Origin: SAR324 cluster bacterium
GTDB taxonomy: Bacteria; SAR324; NAC60-12
NCBI GenBank assembly: GCA_015231825.1
Contig: JADGAV010000008.1
Coordinates: 78,515-142,514 of the forward strand
Direction of reading: 5' to 3'
Length of the DNA stretch: 64,000 nt
How positions within the stretch are numbered: the stretch's first letter is position 1; each line of letters starts with the position of its first letter. The position numbers and the translations under genes are program-made. This document shows, piece after piece, positions 19,435 through 29,418 of this stretch. The notes under the pieces are model-generated. The model was not told where the DNA came from, did not search any database, and was given only the letters and a program-made list of their open reading frames with translations.

Positions 19435-20481
19435 ATGGAATGTTTTAATTTCCGCCACATTTTCAAATTTGGAATCTTGATCGCCATGTTTTTTGTGATC
19501 TGGGGATGTAGCGATCTGGTTAAAGAAGACGCATCAACTTCCGGCTGCGAAAGTGCCCTCAATGATCGAGATTACGACACGGCGCTTGAGAAATGCAGTG
19601 CAAGAAAAGACCGTGCCACTTCTTATATGGGAAAAGCAGGGTTTGATGTCATCAATCTGCTCAATTCTTCTTCAAAATCGACTACTGCGATTACCGATGT
19701 GACCATCACAGCTTTATTGGGAACCGAAAACGTCAGTTTTGTGACAGCACTCAATACATTGAATTTGACAACCGATGTTTATCCTGACGAGGCCGATCGT
19801 GAAAATGCCATTGAAACCGCAAAAGTTTATTTGGAGAGTGTGATTGATCTTTATGATGGTGTGACCAATCAAACGACCGAAGAATTGGTCCTGCAGACTT
19901 TTGGAACACTCTACGCCACAAATTTGGAACTGCTTTTATTGCTGGATGTCGGCATGGCGACTTCTCTCGACATCACTTCTGCAAGCTTTAGCACGGATCT
20001 GCTTGCTTCCGGCGGAAAAATTCTGATCACCGGAGACAGTTCCATTCCCTCAAGCAGTGTTGCCGTCTCGACCTATACTTTTGCAGACAGTACCTCTTCA
20101 GTTGACAACATTATGAAAAAACTGGACGGCCGAATCTGGGCAAATGAACAGAATTTGGCATTGATGATTGAATCCATCGGTTTGAGTGCTGCAACTCAAT
20201 TGATCCTGGGAACCAGCAGCAGTACAATTCAGCTTTATGGCAATTTGCCAAGTGTCTGCCGCAGTTTTTCTAATACAAAAACAAGCTCCGACCCTGCAGG
20301 AAAAGCAATATTGACTTTGCTCACCGATTTGACCAATGTGATTTCACAATTCAATTCTGCGTTTTCCGGTTCTTCTTCGGATACCACTTCTTCTATTTCC
20401 GAATTAGACGCTGCTGTTGCTACTTTTGAAACATCCATTGACTCCGCCTGCAAGCTTGTCGATAGTTTTTCATCAATTTAA
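19435..20481 (+). CDS. Ser/Thr-rich putative lipoprotein
   Basis: A signal peptide plus lipobox (IAMFFVIWGCSD) is present. The mature protein of 348 aa is very rich in S and T with low-complexity tracts. Confidence 0.6.
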   Translation: MECFNFRHIFKFGILIAMFFVIWGCSDLVKEDASTSGCESALNDRDYDTALEKCSARKDRATSYMGKAGFDVINLLNSSSKSTTAITDVTITALLGTENVSFVTALNTLNLTTDVYPDEADRENAIETAKVYLESVIDLYDGVTNQTTEELVLQTFGTLYATNLELLLLLDVGMATSLDITSASFSTDLLASGGKILITGDSSIPSSSVAVSTYTFADSTSSVDNIMKKLDGRIWANEQNLALMIESIGLSAATQLILGTSSSTIQLYGNLPSVCRSFSNTKTSSDPAGKAILTLLTDLTNVISQFNSAFSGSSSDTTSSISELDAAVATFETSIDSACKLVDSFSSI

Positions 20482-22489
20482 TGTTTCTTTTCAATCGTTT
20501 TCTGATTTAAAATCTTTCCATATTCCAAAATTGCTCCTTCATCTAAAAAAACACGCATTTGTGTTTTTGAGCCTCGTAATTCTTTGGTTTTTTGACACTT
20601 TTTCTGGTCATATACTGCAAAACCAATGGAATCGTCTCTATTATTTCTCTACCATGATAGCCGGACTGAGTTTTGTCTGGAGTATCGTTTATGTGGGAGA
20701 AATGATCCGTCAGTTTCTGATTAAAAAAAGATTTTTAAAGCCGACTTTCCCTGGAATGGACTGGTCCATTTCAGGCCTTTTGGGACTGGCAGTATTCGGC
20801 AATACCGCTATTGTTTCAACGGTACTCGTCATCAATACACCAATAATTTATAAAATCTTTTTTACTTCCTCTGTAGCAGCTGCATCATTATATGTTGAAC
20901 CGCTTCGTCTCAGTCTTTCCTTTCGCAGGCTCTACCGGTTTTACCGTCAGCAAAGCTCTCACAAATGGATTTGGTGGATTCCCCTATTCGCTTTCGGGTC
21001 ACGTTATCTGGCAACCGTTCTTCCAATCAATGGGACGGAACAACTTCACAACACCCTTCCTTTCGCCAAATATGTTTTCCGTGGGATTGATTTCAACCAA
21101 TTCGATCTTGATACTCATTTTTTACTGTTGGGGACATACGAATCCTTCGGGGTTTTTATCCGTGCTTTTCTTTTAAACGACTTCAGTTATCATATAGTCT
21201 CCCAGCAGGTTACTTTCCTGTTTACTGTGGGCAGTATGCTTCTGTTTTTGGGAACGATCCCCTGGGTATTGCGCAAACTTCCTGCTTTGGCAGTGGGACT
21301 GGCTGCCTGGCCTGCCATGCTGAATTTTGCGTCCACTGATGCCATTGCATTCAAGCCCGATTGGATCGGAATTCTGGCAGCAGCTGCCGCAACCGTCGCT
21401 TTGCTGCGCCAGTATTTAAGCCCGAGTCCTTCTGTACAAAAAGCTTCAATGATTTCCGTTGTCATATTTTCCTCATTTGCAGTTACTGCGAAATTGACAG
21501 CTTTGCCTTATGTGATTTTTCTGCTGCCGAGCAGCCTCGTTTTATCCATGGTACAAAACAAAAAAGTACAATACTGGCATTGGATGATGCCGTTCTTGTT
21601 TCTTCTGCTTTGCTTGCCTTTTTTTGGTAAAAACACGATCTGGTTAGGCAACCCAGTTTTTCCGGGATTTCAACAAATCCTCCCAAAACCGGCACGATTG
21701 GCCGACACAACAAATTTCAATACCTTTCAGATCAATAAGAATACTCAAAAAAAACCTGAATTGATAGATTACCTGTCAGGATACCTGAGATTCTGGAAAC
21801 ACCACCCGGAGTTTTTGGTTTCAGTCTTTGTTTTACTGCTTTTGATCAAAAGAAAGAGGCGCAGCAAAGTTGCTCTTACCTGCCTTGCATTTCTATTTGT
21901 CTACCTGACACTCATGTCTTTTTATTTCTATCCTGGAATCTACCAACGCTATGTGGCATTTGCTTATATTTTTCTGCTCATTTTTACAGTCTTTGTTTTC
22001 ATGGAAATTGATCATTTTTCCCAATCAAAATGGAAAAATCGATTTGTCGGAGTTTTTATCTTTTTGATGCTGACTCATGCTCAAGTGGACGCGAATTTCC
22101 GCAAGGCACTGCCCGCCTGGGGGCAGGGGGTATCCCCAAAGGAATTTCGAATTTCCCAAGATTCAGTCGATCAGATCTATTTTGAAATCAATTCACGGTG
22201 CAGCCAGGTCGGACGCTTGTTCAACAACAAGTGGCGCAACTATTACTATGCTGATTTTGATGCAGTCAATTTGGAAGATCTGATGGGATGGGGGGCACTC
22301 TATAAATCAGATTTTTATGACAAATACAATGTCAACTTTGTAATCACTCCCGATGCAGGGCCAAAATACGATCATTTGAAAGAGTCGACAGAAGTGTGGT
22401 TTAAGGAAAATTTTTCCTTGGTCTATCGGGCAAAAGGAATTTTATTGTGGCAAAGAAACACTTTTAAAAACTGTCATCACCCCTTTTGA
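20417..22489 (+). CDS. Large polytopic membrane protein (at least 12 predicted transmembrane helices) with a C-terminal soluble domain; the start is uncertain
   Basis: The annotated start overlaps the preceding gene by 64 nt. An in-frame ATG at 20654 is an alternative start. Many hydrophobic helices are present, and the roughly 150-aa C-terminal domain is aromatic-rich. A GT-C-like glycosyltransferase fold is possible but unproven. Confidence 0.55.
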   Translation: MLLLKHPLTPPASLSIVFHQFNVSFQSFSDLKSFHIPKLLLHLKKHAFVFLSLVILWFFDTFSGHILQNQWNRLYYFSTMIAGLSFVWSIVYVGEMIRQFLIKKRFLKPTFPGMDWSISGLLGLAVFGNTAIVSTVLVINTPIIYKIFFTSSVAAASLYVEPLRLSLSFRRLYRFYRQQSSHKWIWWIPLFAFGSRYLATVLPINGTEQLHNTLPFAKYVFRGIDFNQFDLDTHFLLLGTYESFGVFIRAFLLNDFSYHIVSQQVTFLFTVGSMLLFLGTIPWVLRKLPALAVGLAAWPAMLNFASTDAIAFKPDWIGILAAAAATVALLRQYLSPSPSVQKASMISVVIFSSFAVTAKLTALPYVIFLLPSSLVLSMVQNKKVQYWHWMMPFLFLLLCLPFFGKNTIWLGNPVFPGFQQILPKPARLADTTNFNTFQINKNTQKKPELIDYLSGYLRFWKHHPEFLVSVFVLLLLIKRKRRSKVALTCLAFLFVYLTLMSFYFYPGIYQRYVAFAYIFLLIFTVFVFMEIDHFSQSKWKNRFVGVFIFLMLTHAQVDANFRKALPAWGQGVSPKEFRISQDSVDQIYFEINSRCSQVGRLFNNKWRNYYYADFDAVNLEDLMGWGALYKSDFYDKYNVNFVITPDAGPKYDHLKESTEVWFKENFSLVYRAKGILLWQRNTFKNCHHPF

Positions 22490-22699
22490 CAGATTCCAAG
22501 AATCATTCCCTGCCAGGCGTTATCAAAAATCCCACCTAAATAAAATGCTGTCCGGTGAGACTCGTTTCCAGAAACAATCAAATGGGTCAAAATTCCTGCT
22601 GAGAGGAAATTTTTTTAGGCTTTTTCCGTGTTATTTGGTAATGTGTTGCGTTGTGAGGTTCACTTTTCCCGAATGATTTCTTAATAAAATGAATAGCAA

Positions 22700-23827
22700 A
22701 TGTTTGATCGGCGCTTACTCTCTAATTTTGATTGGGTCTTATGTGGAATTGTCCTATTAATCTGTTTAATCGGGGTAATTGCCATCCATTCCGCGACAAT
22801 CGGTGCTCCGGAAATGGCGTTTTACAAAGTGCGGCAAATTTACTGGATTTTGCTCGGCAGCGGAGTGGCTCTCGCAACAACCTTAATTCACTACAGAACC
22901 TTGGCCCAATGGGGGTATTTTCTTCATTTCGGAGTCATAATATTACTGGTACTCGTGTTGTTATTCGGGGTTGGAGGACCCGGAACGCCGGTTAAACGAT
23001 GGCTCGCCGTCGGCCCCTTTTTCATACAGCCTTCAGAATTTGCAAAATACACTCTGATTTTAATTTTGGCCCACCACTTTCGGGAAAGACGATTCATTGG
23101 AAATTTGGGATTTCTTAAATTGATGTGGCCCACAATGATGGTCATGATTCCGTTTGTGCTCATTTTAAAGCAGCCGGACCTGGGAACAGCTCTTCTGCTG
23201 ATGATCGTGTTCGTTCCTATCATTTTTTTGGTCGGTATCCGCAAGGTGACCATGCTGCTGACGGCCTTCATCTCTGCAGTTCTGGCATTGGTCGCCTGGT
23301 ACGGAATTCCCTCACTCTTTGGTCCAATTTTAAAAAGCTATCAAAAAAACCGCATTCTGACCTTTATCAACCCCGACCTGGATCCCCTGGGAGCCGGTTA
23401 TCAGGTGATCCAATCAATGATCGCTATCGGTTCAGGGCAAATTTGGGGGAAAGGTTTTGAACAGGGAACTCAGGGGCAATTGAATTTTCTCCCTGCACAT
23501 CATACAGACTTTATATTTTCTGTTTTTTCAGAGGAATGGGGGTTCATCGGCGGTGTGACAATTTTGATGCTGTTTCTTTTTCTAATTCTCTGGGCTCTTT
23601 CCGGAGTATTAAAAACCAATGACCGTTCCAGCGCAATCCTGGTGGTCGGGATTGTTTCTGTGATCACCTCGCATGTGATGATCAATATTGGAATGGTTCT
23701 CGGTCTGATGCCCGTTGTTGGGGTGCCTCTTCCTTTTTTCAGTTACGGAGGTTCTTCAATGCTATCCATGATGTTCGGCATCGGACTGCTGCTGAACATC
23801 CGGATGCGTCGATTTCAAAATAAATAA
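22700..23827 (+). CDS. rodA: SEDS-family peptidoglycan polymerase (RodA/FtsW)
   Basis: The 375-aa product has ten transmembrane segments and conserved SEDS motifs (PSEFAKYTLILILA; GLMPVVGVPLPFFSYGGSS). Confidence 0.88.
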   Translation: MFDRRLLSNFDWVLCGIVLLICLIGVIAIHSATIGAPEMAFYKVRQIYWILLGSGVALATTLIHYRTLAQWGYFLHFGVIILLVLVLLFGVGGPGTPVKRWLAVGPFFIQPSEFAKYTLILILAHHFRERRFIGNLGFLKLMWPTMMVMIPFVLILKQPDLGTALLLMIVFVPIIFLVGIRKVTMLLTAFISAVLALVAWYGIPSLFGPILKSYQKNRILTFINPDLDPLGAGYQVIQSMIAIGSGQIWGKGFEQGTQGQLNFLPAHHTDFIFSVFSEEWGFIGGVTILMLFLFLILWALSGVLKTNDRSSAILVVGIVSVITSHVMINIGMVLGLMPVVGVPLPFFSYGGSSMLSMMFGIGLLLNIRMRRFQNK

Positions 23828-23833
23828 CATGTA

Positions 23834-24628
23834 TTGAAGAGCATGACAGCCATTATCACGCTCATTACCGATTTTGGAACACAGGACGGATATGTCGGAG
23901 CAATGAAGGGCGCCATCTCTTCCATTGCACCGGATTCGGGCATCATTGATATCACCCATGAGATTGCCCCTCAATCTATTCTCCAGGCTTCTTTTTGTTT
24001 AGCCCGCACTGCACCGCATTTTCCTCCAGATAGCATCCATCTTGTTGTGGTTGATCCCGGGGTCGGGTCGTTTCGCCCTGCAGTTTTGATTCGGGCAGAC
24101 AACCAATGGTTAATTGGGCCGGACAATGGAGTTTTTTCAATCCACCTGGAAAAGAATCCTCCAACTGAAATTTTTCATATTTTCCCGAAAACTGAAAATT
24201 GGCAATCACATTCCAGTTTTGATGGTCTGGCCTTGTTCTCTCCGGCGGCCGCCCATCTTGCATCGGGGATGGAGCTTTCTAAAATTGGACTTGCTGTTGA
24301 AAACTATCAAAAGCTGGCACTCCCTCTTCCGGTCAAAACTGCCAATGGGCTTGAAGGAGAAATTCTTATGTTTGACCGATTTGGAAATGCGATCACAAAT
24401 CTCTCGGAAAAAGATCTTGGCCCACTAAAGAAGGTACAAGTGGCCGCTTTTGGAAAGCATGAACTACGCTGTCCCCTGCTGTCCCACTATCAGGCGGGTG
24501 CCAATGTAAAATACCTTGCGATTATAAATAGCGACGGACTACTTGAATTGTCGGTTTTCTGCGGGTCAATTCAAAAGGAATGCGATTTGCTCATTGGGGA
24601 TATGATTCGAGTGATTGAACAGCCGTAA
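23834..24628 (+). CDS. SAM hydroxide adenosyltransferase-family protein (DUF62, related to fluorinase and chlorinase)
   Basis: The N-terminal signature reads ITLITDFGTQDGYVGAMKGAI...IIDITHEI...HLVVVDPGVGSFR. Confidence 0.8.
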   Translation: MKSMTAIITLITDFGTQDGYVGAMKGAISSIAPDSGIIDITHEIAPQSILQASFCLARTAPHFPPDSIHLVVVDPGVGSFRPAVLIRADNQWLIGPDNGVFSIHLEKNPPTEIFHIFPKTENWQSHSSFDGLALFSPAAAHLASGMELSKIGLAVENYQKLALPLPVKTANGLEGEILMFDRFGNAITNLSEKDLGPLKKVQVAAFGKHELRCPLLSHYQAGANVKYLAIINSDGLLELSVFCGSIQKECDLLIGDMIRVIEQP

Positions 24629-24665
24629 GAAAGGAGGAAAAAAGCGTGGGGAGAATGGGAGTGTT

Positions 24666-24694
24666 TTGCTCCCCAATATAGGGCTGGGGAGCAA
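24666..24694. terminator. GC-rich hairpin between convergent genes, a probable intrinsic terminator
   Basis: A perfect 10-bp stem (TTGCTCCCCA/TGGGGAGCAA) has a 9-nt loop and is followed on the plus strand by TGTTTCATATT. It sits 10 nt from the flgE stop. Confidence 0.45.
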
Positions 24695-24703
24695 TGTTTC
24701 ATA

Positions 24704-26182
24704 TTAACGTTTCATCTGAACCAGGGCTTCCACCATTTCATCAGAGACTGTTACTGTTTTTGCATTGGCTTGAAATGCCCTCTGCGTTTCCACCATTTTT
24801 ACAAATTCTTTAGAAAGATCAACATTGGACTGTTCCAAAGCCTGACTACGAATCGTTCCAAACCCTCCAACACCCGGATTACCAACCACTGCTTTCCCGG
24901 CAAGGAGAGAACGATTGAAAAGATTGTCTCCCGCTTTGATTAGCTGTTCCGGATTATCAAATTTTGTCAGGACCATTTTTCCTAGTTGTCGGGTGTGACC
25001 ACTATCAAAAACCCCTGTAATTATTCCATCCGTTCCTGTGACTATATCTTCTAGTGTACCGCTCGGGTGGCCGTCCGCTGCAACATCAAGCACTTTGGAT
25101 GCCGAAGCAAATTGCGTGACTCCTTCTAACCCAGAACGTTCATCTGTCGGATCATCAGGATTTGAGCCGATTCCTAAATTGATGCCAATTACCTGAGGTG
25201 TATCTCCGCCGAAGTCCACCACGATTTGCGGCAAACCCGTTGTCGGGTTCACGGGAGCAGGCTGCAGAATAGGCGGACCCGCCGGAAGCGGCTGTTGCGT
25301 GACAGGATCCACACCACCCGGTTGTGCAACAAAGGTTCCTCCGGTAGCCTGGAGCAACCGCCCGTCATCATCAAACTGCATAAATCCTCCACCTTGGGCA
25401 ATCAACTGCCCTGGCCTTTGTCCAATGTCAGCACCATCAAATACCGTGTACCATTCCCACTGGTTCTTGATGCCGGGAATGATCTGTCCGGTAGTCGGAT
25501 CAGTTTGAGGAGGCACTTCAGGCCTTCGGCGAAAAACTACGGTTGCGGTGTGTTCATCCCCCAAATCATCAAAAACAGTCATTGATGTGGAAAAATTATA
25601 CATCGTGACTTTGACGTTTGTGGGATCAAAGGGAGTTTCCCGGACAGGAGAATTGGAATCAAGATTGGCTACGATTTTAATTCCGGAACCCAACTCACCG
25701 TCGCCTGTTCGAACCGGAGGATCAACGGTTCCCAGAACCTTCAGTTTATGAGGAAAGCCAACCGCATCACCAGACTGAGGATCAATATCTTTTACCTGGA
25801 CATACAATCCCCGGTCTGTGGTGAGCATTCCATCGGCATCAAACGAAAAATTGCCGGCGCGGGTATAAAAGACTTTGTCAAACTTATCCTTGACAGTGAA
25901 AAATCCGGTCCCGTTGATTGCCATGTCCGTCTGCTTTTCGGTCTGTTCAAATGACCCTTGGGCAAAATTGGCATTCACACTGGCAATACCAACCCCCTGG
26001 CTGAGTTTTGTCGGTCCAATTCCTTGAGAAAAATTTGATGCGAGCACATCTTCAAATGAAACCCGACTGGTTTTGTATCCAACCGTGTTCACATTGGCAA
26101 TATTACTACCAATCACAGTCATCGCCTTCCCCATGGTTTTAACACCACTGGAACCGGCATTTAATGATCCGAGCAAACTCAT
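24704..26182 (-). CDS. flgE: Flagellar hook protein FlgE
   Basis: The N-terminus reads GSNIANVNTVGYKTSRVSF. The C-terminus reads ALEQSNVDLSKEFVKMVETQRAFQANAKT. The 492-aa size fits a hook protein. Confidence 0.9.
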   Translation of the reverse strand: MSLLGSLNAGSSGVKTMGKAMTVIGSNIANVNTVGYKTSRVSFEDVLASNFSQGIGPTKLSQGVGIASVNANFAQGSFEQTEKQTDMAINGTGFFTVKDKFDKVFYTRAGNFSFDADGMLTTDRGLYVQVKDIDPQSGDAVGFPHKLKVLGTVDPPVRTGDGELGSGIKIVANLDSNSPVRETPFDPTNVKVTMYNFSTSMTVFDDLGDEHTATVVFRRRPEVPPQTDPTTGQIIPGIKNQWEWYTVFDGADIGQRPGQLIAQGGGFMQFDDDGRLLQATGGTFVAQPGGVDPVTQQPLPAGPPILQPAPVNPTTGLPQIVVDFGGDTPQVIGINLGIGSNPDDPTDERSGLEGVTQFASASKVLDVAADGHPSGTLEDIVTGTDGIITGVFDSGHTRQLGKMVLTKFDNPEQLIKAGDNLFNRSLLAGKAVVGNPGVGGFGTIRSQALEQSNVDLSKEFVKMVETQRAFQANAKTVTVSDEMVEALVQMKR

Positions 26183-26307
26183 ATTAGTCTCCTTTGCAAG
26201 CTATTCATTAGCATTCATCCAAGCTCCTGTTTGCACAGGATGGCTCCGTCATCCTTGAAGAAGTTTCATCTGTCACTGAATCAGAACGACATTGCTGATT
26301 AAAAAAA

Positions 26308-27096
26308 TTAAGGCGCTTTGACCCCGGCCTTCAGGGGTTGCAATATTGGCTGTTTGGGCTGTATTGATTTTTTAATTGGGAGAGGCAGTGCGTCATCGAA
26401 TCGTTTTCCCGAGATTTCATTCACTCCTTTAACCTTCGTTAACGGAATTTGCTCTCCATTGACAACTCCCATCGCCTGTCCGTTTTCAAAACTGACGCTG
26501 GAAACTCGACCTTTCTTGAATTGGCTCACGTTGATCGATTCCCCGTCTTCAGTAGTCGCAACAACTCTGTACTGGTAAATTCCATTGGAAACTTGATCGC
26601 CATCATTGTCGGTACCATCCCAGGTGAAACTATGCATTCCGGCTTGCTGGCTTTCTAATTTGATCACCCGGATCGGCTCACCTTCTTCATTGATAATATG
26701 TGCATAAACTTTGTCCGCAGGCCCTTCAAGCGAGTAGGAAGCTGGAGGCACATTGCCTTCTCGAACATCAAGGGTATTGGTGCCAATCTCCACATCCTTA
26801 TCAAGATAGGAAAAGGCACTGGCGCGTGCAATCCCTTCCTGGGTGCTGACGACCTTTCCAAGCTGAGCATTAACTCCCTGCAACTGTTCAACTGTTCCGA
26901 GAGCCGCCATCTGCTGCATCATCTGATCAGAATCCATCGGATCGAGTGGGTCCTGGTTGGCCATTTGGACCATCATCAAGTTTAAAAAATCTTCTTTTCC
27001 AAGCTGTTTCCCGTTGCCGGTCCCCTGGGTCTTGGAGGAGGCATTTCTCAACGAAGCGCCTGCCTGATTGACTGCCTGATCCACTGCTAATGTCAC
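26308..27096 (-). CDS. flgD: Flagellar hook assembly and capping protein FlgD
   Basis: The N-terminal FlgD motif reads KEDFLNLMMVQMANQDPLDPMD, and a C-terminal beta-rich domain is present. Confidence 0.85.
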   Translation of the reverse strand: MTLAVDQAVNQAGASLRNASSKTQGTGNGKQLGKEDFLNLMMVQMANQDPLDPMDSDQMMQQMAALGTVEQLQGVNAQLGKVVSTQEGIARASAFSYLDKDVEIGTNTLDVREGNVPPASYSLEGPADKVYAHIINEEGEPIRVIKLESQQAGMHSFTWDGTDNDGDQVSNGIYQYRVVATTEDGESINVSQFKKGRVSSVSFENGQAMGVVNGEQIPLTKVKGVNEISGKRFDDALPLPIKKSIQPKQPILQPLKAGVKAP

Positions 27097-27120
27097 AACA
27101 TCCTCCTTAGCTGTTTGGTC

Positions 27121-28713
27121 CTACGCGTAAATATTCAATCCCGAATTAAATCCTGCCTTTTTGTATTGTTGAGAAACCGGGACTTTTGCCTCTACCACCT
27201 CTTTTTGCCTGTTTCCAATGTAATCGTCTTCAAAGCCCCCTTGCTCCGGTGCCTGGTCTGATCTTGAAAAGGACTGCTGCTCAACATCCACAGAAAATTG
27301 CATCTGGTCAAATGATCCGTTGTCCTGTTCAAGAAAACGGGCGCGGAGTTCCGGAAGACTCGCTTCAAGCATCTGCTTGGCTTCCATACTGCCGACAATC
27401 ATGTGAACTGCCATGGTGTTTTCTTCCTGATGAAATTTCATCGTCACTTCGCCAAGTTCCCTGGGGGTCAATTGCAAAGTCATTTCTTTGATGCCATTGT
27501 CTTTGAAATTGACCTTGCTCATAATCTGATCCAGATTGGTATTCACATCTTTTGAAAAACTGCGAGAAGAGGTGCTTTCTGCGAGGATCGGACGATTGTT
27601 TTCTTTGGATGCAGAAGTTTCAGTTCGGTCGCCGAGTTCCTTCAACACCTGATCAAAACCTGTGTCTCCTTCGGGTAAGGAATCTAAATCTTGTACGATC
27701 TCTTCCTGATCAGTTTTCACAAAAACTTCGGAAAGTTCAGGAGTATTTCTAGGAATGGGTCTTTTGGAAGAAGAATTTTTGACGGTAAAATCGTTGGCAT
27801 TTCCTGTCGGGTTCACAGCCTGATCAAAATTGATGTTATCGGTAAAGTTCCCCAATGCCTGTGGTCCTTTCGACTGGAGACTTTCTTCTGCTGTGATGGT
27901 GCGAAACTGCTGCATCAACTGACGCTTTGCGGTGCTCTCTTCCGGCTGAACTTCATCATTGTATATCAATGTGCCAGTTGAGATTGCGGCTGCACCTTTC
28001 GTTTTGGGATCGTTTAAGCTGTTTTTTTCCAAGTCCAATCGAACACTGGCTTGATCCAATTGTTCATCAATCGAAACTTCGCTGCGTTCAAATGTGTTTG
28101 CAGATACATTCTTGGTTTGAATTCGAGGATCAGCAGAGACTGGAATTTGCTCCGCATGCTCTCCCTCGATTGAGGCAATTCCTTCTGTATTATTGGATTG
28201 AACCGGATGCAACACCGATTTCACATTTGAAATTGATGGAACCTCAAAGTTCTCAGCTTCGGAAAGATTCTCAGGCATAACAGAAGACAGTTCTTTTGCA
28301 TGAGCCGATGGTGTTTGTCCCATATTGGCTACCTGTTCTTTCAACTGTGCCACATTGTCTTCCAATGGCAAAAGTTGGGTTTTTGTCTGATCCGTGGTCA
28401 GATTGACCGGTGCCGTTTTGAGGGTTGCTTCTTCTGACTGAAGCTTGAGTTCCCCAGAAACTGCCGGGAGCGACGCCAGAAGAATTTCACCATTCCCTGC
28501 GGCGTTTTCCCCCTTTTCCAATTCATCCTGGCTGATTTTATCATCGGACATCAGTAGAAGGGGGACTTCAAATTTTCCCTCTCCCTCCATTGTACTCAAA
28601 GTATTTTCAAATGACGCTCCCTGGCCAAAGGGAAGTTTAGCCGCAGAACCTTCTGAGCCTTGCAGTTCTTCAATTCCCTGGATGTTCATTGGGGCGGATG
28701 GATTGATGATCAT
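27121..28713 (-). CDS. fliK: Flagellar hook-length control protein FliK
   Basis: The 530-aa product has a long low-complexity Q/S/E-rich N-terminus and a C-terminal Flg_hook-like domain (LQLTPRELGEVTMKF...). It lies between the ylxF-like gene and flgD. Confidence 0.75.
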   Translation of the reverse strand: MIINPSAPMNIQGIEELQGSEGSAAKLPFGQGASFENTLSTMEGEGKFEVPLLLMSDDKISQDELEKGENAAGNGEILLASLPAVSGELKLQSEEATLKTAPVNLTTDQTKTQLLPLEDNVAQLKEQVANMGQTPSAHAKELSSVMPENLSEAENFEVPSISNVKSVLHPVQSNNTEGIASIEGEHAEQIPVSADPRIQTKNVSANTFERSEVSIDEQLDQASVRLDLEKNSLNDPKTKGAAAISTGTLIYNDEVQPEESTAKRQLMQQFRTITAEESLQSKGPQALGNFTDNINFDQAVNPTGNANDFTVKNSSSKRPIPRNTPELSEVFVKTDQEEIVQDLDSLPEGDTGFDQVLKELGDRTETSASKENNRPILAESTSSRSFSKDVNTNLDQIMSKVNFKDNGIKEMTLQLTPRELGEVTMKFHQEENTMAVHMIVGSMEAKQMLEASLPELRARFLEQDNGSFDQMQFSVDVEQQSFSRSDQAPEQGGFEDDYIGNRQKEVVEAKVPVSQQYKKAGFNSGLNIYA

Positions 28714-28755
28714 AGTAATTCTCCATTCCTAAAGTGATACCGAGATGGGTCGGTG

Positions 28756-29376
28756 TTATTTTTTACGTGCAATTTCTTCAACCAAACGTGCTGATTTTTC
28801 GGGAGCCATTTCTGCTAAAACAGCAGAGGCCTGTTTGTCTTTAATATTCAGTAAAATCTGGACTGCAATTTTTGTATTCAACTGTTCGATCGATTTAGCT
28901 GCCTTGGCGGGCTCCATTTTTTCATAAAATTTGACCGTCAACAGCAGTTGATCGCTATCTTGCTTTTTCTTTGTGTCGATATCTTTTTCGATTTCCTGCT
29001 GCAGCTTTTCCAAACGGGCGATCTGCCCTTGAAGATCCCCCTCCAAGGTCTTCAATTGCCCTTCTCTGCGATTTAACGCCTTTTCTTTTGCGATCAGGAG
29101 CTGATTCTTTTCGCGAAGCCTTTTCAGTACCAGTTTTTCATTTTCAGTCAGCGGTTGCTCTTTGGCCTTCTGTTCTTTCTGCGTATCCGGTTTCTGTTCC
29201 CCTGCACAAATATTGAGACCTTGATTTTTACAAAAATTCTCAACAAATGAAGGCAAGGGGATTGCCGCTGCATATGCAAAGTTAGCAAGTAACATGCCGC
29301 ATAGCATCAGGAGAAAGTTTGATTTAAGCAATTTAATCAATAATTTCAATATCATAAATAAACCTCTCGACAACAA
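28756..29376 (-). CDS. Flagellar operon protein with an MgtE_N-like domain (YlxF/FlbB-like)
   Basis: An N-terminal membrane anchor is followed by a coiled coil and a C-terminal MgtE_N-like motif (AKSIEQLNTKIAVQILLNI...VLAEMAPEKSARLVEEI). It occupies the conserved slot between fliJ and fliK, as ylxF does in Bacillus. Confidence 0.6.
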   Translation of the reverse strand: MLSRGLFMILKLLIKLLKSNFLLMLCGMLLANFAYAAAIPLPSFVENFCKNQGLNICAGEQKPDTQKEQKAKEQPLTENEKLVLKRLREKNQLLIAKEKALNRREGQLKTLEGDLQGQIARLEKLQQEIEKDIDTKKKQDSDQLLLTVKFYEKMEPAKAAKSIEQLNTKIAVQILLNIKDKQASAVLAEMAPEKSARLVEEIARKK

Positions 29377-29418
29377 AAGTATGAATTATTGTAAAAAAAG
29401 TGGGAAAATGTTTCACTC

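Noticed and set aside
27186-28280. Several 60-117-aa ORFs antisense to fliK.
   Set aside because: They are typical shadow ORFs in a low-complexity gene. The fliK frame is continuous and has a conserved C-terminal domain.
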